Below are positions 28,920 through 36,703 of a DNA stretch of 64,000 nucleotides, in pieces. The stretch spans positions 1 through 64,000 of the IMG/VR virus record IMGVR_UViG_3300025648_000015, one strand, 5' to 3'. Below the pieces are notes generated by a model, which saw only the letters and a program-made list of their open reading frames with translations, searched no databases and had not been told where the DNA came from. The stretch comes from a virus. Position 1 is the first letter of the stretch. Every line of letters begins with the position of its first letter. A program made the position numbers and the translations under genes.

Positions 28920-29632
28920 TGTTTAAAAAGAATAATAAAAACGTACTTCATTATGAAGGCTCCCCAACCGTAGAAAAAAAGGGTATAGGAGCTATGGTTG
29001 AAATCGTACCTGATTGGTATAAAAAAACACCAAAGTTTTTAGATAATAAAGATCCAAATAACAATATGCCTGCTATGGGTCTTAAGATGTGTATACCATT
29101 CTTAGATGCTATGACAACTGGATTTTATATGTCTTTGCCACAAGAAGTTTATGTAGAGCAAACAGAGAATGGACCATCTATCCGTTGCAAACAACAACCA
29201 ATGCCAATTAGCAATAGACCTCCAATGACTACAGACCCAATGCCATCGCCAGCTGGTCATGATGAAGAGCATTTTATTTGGCAAACTCAGTATGCTTTCC
29301 ACCTTCCTGAAGGATATAGTGCAATTCTGACACACCCATTTAATAGGTTTGAACTACCATTTATAACATTTACTGGTATTGTAGACGGTGACTTTTTTAT
29401 GCATGGCGGCAATATACCTTTTAGTATTAAAAAAGGCTTTGAAGGAGTTATCCCTAAAGGTACTCCAATACTGCAAATTATACCATTCAAAAGAGAAGAC
29501 TGGGTAGCTAAAAAGAAAAAAGGAGTATGGAAAAGAAGCATGGAAAACCATCCCGAAAGAAGCTATGATTATCAAGTTGGTTGGTATAGAAAAAATATAT
29601 GGCGTAAAAAAACTTATAAGGTAGAAAGTTAA
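28919..29632 (+). CDS. dUTPase-like-fold protein (DUF6065-like), paralog 2
   Basis: KMCIPFLDA..GF, PEGYSAILTHPFNR, IPKGTPILQIIPFKREDW; clearly homologous to the preceding ORF. Confidence 0.6.
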   Translation: MFKKNNKNVLHYEGSPTVEKKGIGAMVEIVPDWYKKTPKFLDNKDPNNNMPAMGLKMCIPFLDAMTTGFYMSLPQEVYVEQTENGPSIRCKQQPMPISNRPPMTTDPMPSPAGHDEEHFIWQTQYAFHLPEGYSAILTHPFNRFELPFITFTGIVDGDFFMHGGNIPFSIKKGFEGVIPKGTPILQIIPFKREDWVAKKKKGVWKRSMENHPERSYDYQVGWYRKNIWRKKTYKVES

Positions 29633-29904
29633 TGTTTAAGAAAAACAAAATATATAATGAAAAGCGTCGTTGGAAAACAATGGTAATCCCTAAGAACGAT
29701 GAGAACCAAACAAGGTACCTTCGTTTTACGGAATCACGCACTGCAACAAGACTGTTCATAGAAAAAGACAAGAATTACAAATTTTATGTTGTCTCTAGAG
29801 GAACTAACCCAGGTAAAGTAAAAGTAGTCGGAATTGCAACAGACATAAAGAGTGCTATCACATTATCTAACCTTGAATTGGAAAAAATCAATAAAGGTGA
29901 ATAA
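29632..29904 (+). CDS. Basic hypothetical protein
   Basis: 90-aa ORF, TAATG-coupled on both sides. Confidence 0.6.
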   Translation: MFKKNKIYNEKRRWKTMVIPKNDENQTRYLRFTESRTATRLFIEKDKNYKFYVVSRGTNPGKVKVVGIATDIKSAITLSNLELEKINKGE

Positions 29905-30608
29905 TGATTTATTCACCTGATAATAACTTTTTATTGTTAAAAAATTATAAAGTTGGTGGGAGCTCATTAGAAATAGCGTTGACCAATATAGTTCCAGAAA
30001 ATGCTACTTGCACAGAACTTAAACCTTCAGAGTATGGTCATATGCCAAGAAACCATATATATGATAATATTGAACTAGAAAACCATGCTTCATATTATGA
30101 TATATGTGATATATTCGGTGAAGAAAAAATAAATAATACAATTTCTGTTGTCTTTGTAAGACACCCATATGAGATTGTAGCTTCATGGTATTTTCATAAA
30201 ATGAAAGAATATTGGGGAGAAAAAACCAATGATAATGCTGACCCATTTGAATATGGTGGCGGTTATGACTGGGATGCGTTATCTCTAAAACAAAAAGATT
30301 ATTTAAATAAAATGTTTTTCTATGGAAAAGAAACAGATTTTCGTTCTATTAATAGTACAAAATGGATATATGCACCAAATGGTGAAATACTAGTTGATCA
30401 TGTTCTACGATATGAGAATGGAATAGAAAACGAAATAAATAAAATTTTACCAATGGTTGGGCTGCCAAAGATTACAATACCTTACAAAGCAAAAAGCAAA
30501 TACAAACCACAACATATTACCTATAAAAATATGTTTGGCAAACAAGAACTTGAAACTATACAAAAAGAATGGTCTTGGGAATTTGAAATCTTTGGTTATG
30601 AGCCTTAA
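29904..30608 (+). CDS. Sulfotransferase family protein (PAPS-dependent)
   Basis: 5'-PSB-like KVGGSS and 3'-PB-like VRHPYEIVASWY; C-terminal E..FGY ending typical of Sulfotransfer_2 proteins. Confidence 0.7.
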   Translation: MIYSPDNNFLLLKNYKVGGSSLEIALTNIVPENATCTELKPSEYGHMPRNHIYDNIELENHASYYDICDIFGEEKINNTISVVFVRHPYEIVASWYFHKMKEYWGEKTNDNADPFEYGGGYDWDALSLKQKDYLNKMFFYGKETDFRSINSTKWIYAPNGEILVDHVLRYENGIENEINKILPMVGLPKITIPYKAKSKYKPQHITYKNMFGKQELETIQKEWSWEFEIFGYEP

Positions 30609-31184
30609 ATGACACTAACTAAGGTTTGGAGCAAATACAATAATCCATTTAATTTTATTAACAAAGGCAACGTAGACGTTGGTAAAATTGCGGATTATTT
30701 GTTGAGCAAGAATGAAGATAAATACTTTGATGAACGGTTAAATATAATCCACCATCAACATGGTAAAATTCTAATAGTGCAAGATTACCCCAGGAATTGG
30801 TTCTATCCGGCACCTTTCACGCCAGAATTTGAATGTAAAGATAAAGAACTTTGGGCATTAACTAAACCAATAATCGATAAATTAGAAAAAGACTGCGATG
30901 GTAAAGCAGCTAAAATATTTTATTTCTTATTGCCAGCTGGAACCAATATCTATATTCATATGGATCTTGGACAATATTTTAGTGCTGTACATAGACATCA
31001 AATACCGATAATAACTAATCCTCAATGTGAAACATGGGTTGATGGCGAAACTATAAACATGAAGCCAGGGGAAATCTGGGAGATAAATAATGTTAAACGC
31101 CATGCAGTTGATAACAATGGAACAACACCAAGGATTAATTTAGTTGTGGACATAATGCCTATGTGGGCTATAGAATCAAAATAG
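30609..31184 (+). CDS. Aspartyl/asparaginyl beta-hydroxylase-like 2OG-Fe(II) oxygenase
   Basis: IYIHMD, RHQIPIITNP, GEIWEINN..RHAVDN...PRINLVVD. Confidence 0.85.
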   Translation: MTLTKVWSKYNNPFNFINKGNVDVGKIADYLLSKNEDKYFDERLNIIHHQHGKILIVQDYPRNWFYPAPFTPEFECKDKELWALTKPIIDKLEKDCDGKAAKIFYFLLPAGTNIYIHMDLGQYFSAVHRHQIPIITNPQCETWVDGETINMKPGEIWEINNVKRHAVDNNGTTPRINLVVDIMPMWAIESK

Positions 31185-31194
31185 GAGACAAAAT

Positions 31195-31890
31195 ATGCTT
31201 AGAGAACAATTTGAATTGCCTTTAAATCAAAAAGCATATGATGACGGCTTTTACGAGTTTCGTGGATTGCAAATAGCCATTGGTGAGGGTGTTTATGCAG
31301 AGGCTTATGGAATTGATGTGTTTTTTGAGAACATGTTACTTTTTGTAAAAGAAAAGATTAATTCATTAGAAGGCCTTACCATAATAGACATGTGTGCTGG
31401 ATCAGGCATGCTCGGCATAGCAATGGCAATAGAATTCCCCAATTCAGTAATTTATGGTGTAGAGAAATATGAAAAGCCATTTTTTTGGACTACAAAGAAT
31501 GCAGATGGTTTTAAAGAGCAAATAAATAAAAGCAATTCTAAATTCATTCCAGTGATGTGTAGTGCTCTTGATTCAATTGATAATCTTAAACATCTTCATG
31601 GTCAGGTCGATTTTATTCTTGCAGGTTATCCATGCATACCCATCCCAGATGACCTTTCAAAAGTGGATACTCTCCCTTACGATCTAACATCAGTAGCTGG
31701 TGGCGAAGACGGGTTAGATGTTATAAAAGAAATTTTAACCGCATCATCTATTCTTCTAAAAAAAGGTGGAATTTTAGTAACAACTACTCCAGTAAGAATG
31801 TTTAAACATGTAGAACCATTGCTTGATGACTCAGTGTGGAGCGAAACATTTGAATCACCTCTTGAGTTCATGGTTACAGTTAAAAAATAA
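31195..31890 (+). CDS. HemK/PrmC-like SAM-dependent methyltransferase (divergent)
   Basis: IDMCAGSG motif I and AGGEDGLDVIKEIL. The canonical NPPY is replaced by GYPC. Confidence 0.75.
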   Translation: MLREQFELPLNQKAYDDGFYEFRGLQIAIGEGVYAEAYGIDVFFENMLLFVKEKINSLEGLTIIDMCAGSGMLGIAMAIEFPNSVIYGVEKYEKPFFWTTKNADGFKEQINKSNSKFIPVMCSALDSIDNLKHLHGQVDFILAGYPCIPIPDDLSKVDTLPYDLTSVAGGEDGLDVIKEILTASSILLKKGGILVTTTPVRMFKHVEPLLDDSVWSETFESPLEFMVTVKK

Positions 31891-31900
31891 AAGGTAAATC

Positions 31901-32482
31901 ATGGATGAAATAAAAAGAGAAATATTAGCACCAGGCATCATAAGCTATAGCAATGTAGGAGCAAATATTTCTAATATGGTTCCTGAATGGGAAGAGCATG
32001 TTAAAAATGGTTCTTTAAATTGGGCTCCACATTCTTATGTTGGAGAAAACATAAATGTTCCAGAAGTTAGAAAAGTAAAGCTTATGGGTATTTCCAATGA
32101 TGGTATAAACGAAATAATAGATAGTATAAGAGAACATTTTGATAATGCTTATAAAGCATACGTAGACGATTATTGTGAAAGGTATCGTACCAATACTATT
32201 GGATCTGATGCATACCAAATTCTAAAGTATGAAATAGGTCATCATTATAAAGCACATACTGATTGGGATCGTGGTGAGTGGTTTGAAAAAAGAACTTTTT
32301 CTTTAACACATTATCTTAACGATGATTACGAGGGTGGAGAAATTAATTATGTTGAATTTGGTTTAAAAATTAAACCAAAGAAGGGGCAATTGATTATTTT
32401 CCCTGCACACTTCCCTTATGCACACCAAGTAGAACCAGTTATCAGTGGAGTGCGCTGGGCAATAACAAAATTCTACCACTAA
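31901..32482 (+). CDS. Prolyl-4-hydroxylase-like 2OG-Fe(II) oxygenase
   Basis: YKAHTD, YLNDDYEGGE, IFPA, HQVEPVISGVRW (HxD...H triad plus 2OG-binding Arg). Confidence 0.85.
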   Translation: MDEIKREILAPGIISYSNVGANISNMVPEWEEHVKNGSLNWAPHSYVGENINVPEVRKVKLMGISNDGINEIIDSIREHFDNAYKAYVDDYCERYRTNTIGSDAYQILKYEIGHHYKAHTDWDRGEWFEKRTFSLTHYLNDDYEGGEINYVEFGLKIKPKKGQLIIFPAHFPYAHQVEPVISGVRWAITKFYH

Positions 32483-32901
32483 TGATTATCCAGATTATTG
32501 GGCTTCCTGGATCAGGTAAGACCGCCCTAGCAAATGGTTTAAAAGAAAAAATACCTGTAATTCATTTAAATGCTGATGAGGTTAGGGCAACAATCAATTC
32601 AGATCTTGGGTTCTCAAACGATGACAGGGTTGAACAAGCACGCAGGCTTGGTGAGATGGCAAGACTTTTAGAACGCCAAGGTCATAACATAATTGTGGAT
32701 TTTGTTTGCCCTACGGAAGAGGCAAGAGAGGCTTTTGGCAAACCAGACATTCTTATCTGGATGGACCGTATCAAAAAAAGCCGTTTTGAGGACACCAATA
32801 CCCTTTGGCAAGACCCAATAAATTACGTTGATTTTATAATCAAAAATGGCTTAACCGTTGAACAAGAAGTAGATTGCATCATTAGTAAATACGGCCTTTA
32901 G
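32482..32901 (+). CDS. cysC: Adenylyl-sulfate (APS) kinase-like P-loop protein
   Basis: GLPGSGKT, NADEVR, LGFSNDDRVEQARR. Shorter than canonical CysC. Confidence 0.65.
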   Translation: MIIQIIGLPGSGKTALANGLKEKIPVIHLNADEVRATINSDLGFSNDDRVEQARRLGEMARLLERQGHNIIVDFVCPTEEAREAFGKPDILIWMDRIKKSRFEDTNTLWQDPINYVDFIIKNGLTVEQEVDCIISKYGL

Positions 32902-33009
32902 ATCCTTACAATGTAAGACCCTCTATAACTCAACAGAGTATATAGTAATCCCTTTCTAGCTTGCTCTTCCCCAAGAATCTAACCATCAAAGATTGCGTAA
33001 TATAGCATA

Positions 33010-35229
33010 ATGGCCAATAAAAAACCCAAGAATAATATTACTAGAGGGTACCGTTCAACCAATAATAAGGTCATTGAAGGTTGGACTGGTGGTGAGGGTG
33101 GACCACACCCGCCAGAATATAGTAGTAATTATAAGACTATTCTATTTAGTTATTTTGCCACGAACAAAAATGGTAAAGTACCAGAAGGTTGGAGAGGTGG
33201 TCAAGGTCCACATGTCCCACCACCTTATGTAGGACCTAAGAGTAGCTTTACTAGAGCATTCTATTCACCCAATACTGAAGCGTATGAGCTTGGTTGGAGA
33301 GGTGGCTATGGATTCCAAAAACACCTTGATTACTTTAAGAATGCCATCGCTTTGGCCACAATATTGGTTAATAACCAGTCAAAAATCGGTAGAATTAAAC
33401 AAGCTTCATCTACGTCTACAAATTTAGCAAAAACCTCAAAAAGTTATATCCAATTAAGATTTGCCATTGCTCTACAAACCTCAGCAATTGTTACTAGATA
33501 CATTAAGTCAAAACTTAAATCTGCAATAGTTAATTATGTTGGTGTTATAAAGAATAGCAAGCGTTTTACAGGTATTCGTCGTGCTACCGCTAATAGCATT
33601 GGTTACGCAAAAGTTACTAAAATCACAAGACATTTTAGAGTTTCTATAGTTAATCTTGTAAACTTTGCATTCGAAGGCCGCATCGATCGATTCTTTAGAA
33701 AAGCGATTGCTGCCTATACACAATCAGTAATTATTGTCAAACGATCTAGATTCACCCGTACTGCTAAGGCATTGCAAACCTATTTAGCAACTAGTTTAAA
33801 GCCATTTGATCAATATTACAGAAGTGCGATCGCTACTTCAACCAGACTAGTAAATTCTAGTAAAACTTTTAATAGGTTTAGAAAAAGCACTATAACAAGT
33901 ATAAACATAGCAAATAGCTATAAAACAATCAAACGTATAAAACAAGCATTAGCTGAATCCACGTTCTTGGTTCGTAATATAAAATCCTACAATAATTTTA
34001 AAAGAGCGTTTGCCACCAGAGTTTCGCTTATTACATCTAAAAATTCTAACATTAGAAGCAAATTAGTTACCGTTACTAGGGTATCTCTTGTAAAGAGTAG
34101 CAGGACATATAATGCCAGAGTCCGTGCTATAGCTATCAATATTGTCAAAACTATTAAAATTGGTAGGTTTATAAGAACCGGTTCAGCTAATGCTATCAAC
34201 ATAGCAAATTCTTATAGAATTAATGTTCTTTTTAAAAAAGCCATTTCTATGGTTATCAACATAGCACGAGATGGAAAGATCGATCGATTCTACCGTTATG
34301 CCATAGCTAGAACAACCAATTTGGTTACCACTACTAAACAATCTAGATTTATTAGAGTAGCTAAATCAACCCAAGTAGGCATTACCATTGCAACAAGAAT
34401 TGTCGTAGCTAGACGCCTCGCAACAGCTAACCGTGCAATGCTCGTTAAAGTCAGCAAAAACTATGGCAAGAACATAAAAGTTATATTCACAGGGTTAACC
34501 AAAAATAACAAATTATTTAGATTCACAAGAAGAGCAACGGCAGCAGTCATTAATCTTGCTACTACCAGGAAATTTTCTAGGTTCATTAGAGTTGCTAAAG
34601 TAACTGCAACTAATATTGCATTCGATGGAAAAATTGATCAATTCTATCGTTATGCGATTGCTAGAACTACAGGGCTTATTAAAACCACTAAATTATCTAG
34701 GTTCAATAGGAATGCCAACGCTAATAGAATAAACCTTGCTAGAACCAATAAACGCCGTGCTACCTATATCAAGACTCTATCCACTAATTTGAGTTTTAAT
34801 ATCAAATCCCATGCATACCGTAAAATTGCCAAGAATATTGTTATATTCATTGGTAAAGTTGTAAGTGGTGGAAAAGTTACACATAAGAATGCTTCAGTAT
34901 TGCAGAGCGTATCAGCTACTGTAACCAAGGCAAACAACCGTAAAAAATACGCCACTGCCACGGTTAGCTATGAAATTGGTACTACCAAGGGTAGAACTTA
35001 TCTTAGAAGAGCAATTGCCACAACAGTCGGATTGGTTCGCTATGGACTCAGCCTAGTAATGAATGTAAGATCTATAGAATCTGCCAAGGTTGAGCCAGTC
35101 AACGAGGTCAATTTCTATGTTACACCTAACAACCCAGACGTTGTTGGGGAGTACACATCTGAAAATGACCAGCCTGGTGACTATTCAGAGCCTGTGAATA
35201 ACCTTGGTGAAGATGTAGTACCTACTTAA
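33010..35229 (+). CDS. Extremely basic repeat protein
   Basis: Three GW(T/R)GG repeats, then about 570 aa of Arg/Lys/Thr/Ala-rich ~20-aa repeats, then an acidic C-terminus. Confidence 0.7.
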   Translation: MANKKPKNNITRGYRSTNNKVIEGWTGGEGGPHPPEYSSNYKTILFSYFATNKNGKVPEGWRGGQGPHVPPPYVGPKSSFTRAFYSPNTEAYELGWRGGYGFQKHLDYFKNAIALATILVNNQSKIGRIKQASSTSTNLAKTSKSYIQLRFAIALQTSAIVTRYIKSKLKSAIVNYVGVIKNSKRFTGIRRATANSIGYAKVTKITRHFRVSIVNLVNFAFEGRIDRFFRKAIAAYTQSVIIVKRSRFTRTAKALQTYLATSLKPFDQYYRSAIATSTRLVNSSKTFNRFRKSTITSINIANSYKTIKRIKQALAESTFLVRNIKSYNNFKRAFATRVSLITSKNSNIRSKLVTVTRVSLVKSSRTYNARVRAIAINIVKTIKIGRFIRTGSANAINIANSYRINVLFKKAISMVINIARDGKIDRFYRYAIARTTNLVTTTKQSRFIRVAKSTQVGITIATRIVVARRLATANRAMLVKVSKNYGKNIKVIFTGLTKNNKLFRFTRRATAAVINLATTRKFSRFIRVAKVTATNIAFDGKIDQFYRYAIARTTGLIKTTKLSRFNRNANANRINLARTNKRRATYIKTLSTNLSFNIKSHAYRKIAKNIVIFIGKVVSGGKVTHKNASVLQSVSATVTKANNRKKYATATVSYEIGTTKGRTYLRRAIATTVGLVRYGLSLVMNVRSIESAKVEPVNEVNFYVTPNNPDVVGEYTSENDQPGDYSEPVNNLGEDVVPT

Positions 35230-35263
35230 AAACACCATAGATTATAGGATAATTGAGGAAAAT

Positions 35264-35443
35264 ATGTTAACTTTTGCAGTTCTTGATGCTAATAACATAG
35301 TGGAGAACATCATAGTAGCCGATTCCCTTGAGACAGCAGAATCTGTTACTAGAACAACTTGTATCCAATATGACGAAACAAACCCAGCATATATTGGCTG
35401 GCAATATAACGGAACTACTTTTGTAGATCCAAATGCACAATAA
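35264..35443 (+). CDS. 59-aa fibre-associated small protein not in the ORF track (MLTFAVLDANNIVENIIVAD...IGWQYNGTTF)
   Basis: GAGG RBS, ATG 35264, TAA 35443; same general pattern as 27442 and 27683. Confidence 0.75.
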   Translation: MLTFAVLDANNIVENIIVADSLETAESVTRTTCIQYDETNPAYIGWQYNGTTFVDPNAQ

Positions 35444-35457
35444 GATAAGGAAAAATA

Positions 35458-35949
35458 ATGACTGACGTAAGACAAACAATTGTTGACTGGGCTAAGTGGT
35501 GCGCTGCTAATCACGACAAATTCACATACTCAGAAGGACCACAACGCATGTCCAGCATTGGACACCCAGGCAAACTGCCAGTTATCGCTGACTGCTCAGC
35601 CTTTGTGACATTGATGTACAACTGGGCTGGCGCTCCTGACCCAAATGCTCAGAGCTACAACCACACCGGCTACACCGGCACACTGCTTTCACATGGGACT
35701 AAGATTGCCCTCAAGGATGTTCTGCCAGGCGATGTAATTGTCTATGGCCCAGGAACCGGTTGGCACACAGCACTTGTAGTTGACGTTACCGGCGCTAACG
35801 CAAAGAACCCCCTCACGGTGTCCCATGGACAGGCCGGAGATCCGAGTTATTGCCACGTCAATCAAGATGGTCGTTTGCCACAAACCTACCTACGCTTCAA
35901 CACTTCTGCAATTAACGCTCAGTCAATCCACACACCACCTGCAAAGTAG
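35458..35949 (+). CDS. NlpC/P60 peptidoglycan peptidase (candidate endolysin)
   Basis: DCSAFV (catalytic Cys), PGDVIVYG, WHTALV (His). Confidence 0.85.
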   Translation: MTDVRQTIVDWAKWCAANHDKFTYSEGPQRMSSIGHPGKLPVIADCSAFVTLMYNWAGAPDPNAQSYNHTGYTGTLLSHGTKIALKDVLPGDVIVYGPGTGWHTALVVDVTGANAKNPLTVSHGQAGDPSYCHVNQDGRLPQTYLRFNTSAINAQSIHTPPAK

Positions 35950-35954
35950 GATAA

Positions 35955-36701
35955 ATGGCACGTTATCGTCAAGACTTTGTTTATGGTGTGGCATCGGGTG
36001 TTCTTGCTAGTTCTGCACAAACTACTATTACCGGTACCAACTGGCCAACCACTATCCCAAGTGGTTCATACATGCCTATTGTGCTTAACCCAGGTTACTA
36101 TGGTGCTAGTGGTTCACCAGAAATTGTTTATATAACATCTGCTACAAGCACTGTTGCTACGGTAGTTAGAAACCAAGAAGGCACATCACCTACTAGCACG
36201 CCTAGCGGTGGAGTAACTCCATGGATTGCTGGACCACTTATTACTGATTTTGGTGTTGTTAACCAAATCGCCAATGGTGATTTCCCATCGCCGACTGCAA
36301 GTGGACAATTCTTTGTTTCAAGCGCATCAGGAAGCAATTCACCTTATTGGTCAAACGTTATCCCTGCTGGTGTAATTCAATATGTATATGATAGTAATGG
36401 TGGATCAGCTACATACATTGCAAACACCACAGACATTAATAACATTGTACAAATTAGTGGTAACTGCGTAATTCAATTACCTTCTGGTGGTATTACTTAT
36501 GGTCAACAGATCACGTTCATTCAACTTACTAGTGGCACCGTAACAGCATTCTCCGGTGGTGCAACCCTTATTTCTACGGGTGCTTTGAACGGTGGCGCCA
36601 ACCCACAACTTAGAGCACAATATAGTGCTGCTACTGCTATCTACTTGGGTACCACAATGAGTGCAAGCCCAACATGGATCATCACTGGAGACGTAATCTA
36701 A
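35955..36701 (+). CDS. Virion fibre-associated protein
   Basis: PEIVYIT...TVVRNQEGT N-terminus; C-terminal LRAQYSAAT...WIITGD fibre-type domain. Confidence 0.65.
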   Translation: MARYRQDFVYGVASGVLASSAQTTITGTNWPTTIPSGSYMPIVLNPGYYGASGSPEIVYITSATSTVATVVRNQEGTSPTSTPSGGVTPWIAGPLITDFGVVNQIANGDFPSPTASGQFFVSSASGSNSPYWSNVIPAGVIQYVYDSNGGSATYIANTTDINNIVQISGNCVIQLPSGGITYGQQITFIQLTSGTVTAFSGGATLISTGALNGGANPQLRAQYSAATAIYLGTTMSASPTWIITGDVI

Positions 36702-36703
36702 CA

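Noticed and set aside
28239-29632. Functional dUTPases
   Set aside because: Only fold-level resemblance; canonical dUTPase motifs such as RSG and the C-terminal RGxxGFGSTG are absent.
32923-32945. Hairpin CTATA-ACTC-AACA-GAGT-A-TATAG as terminator of the enzyme cassette
   Set aside because: AT-rich, weak and lacking a U tract; insufficient support.
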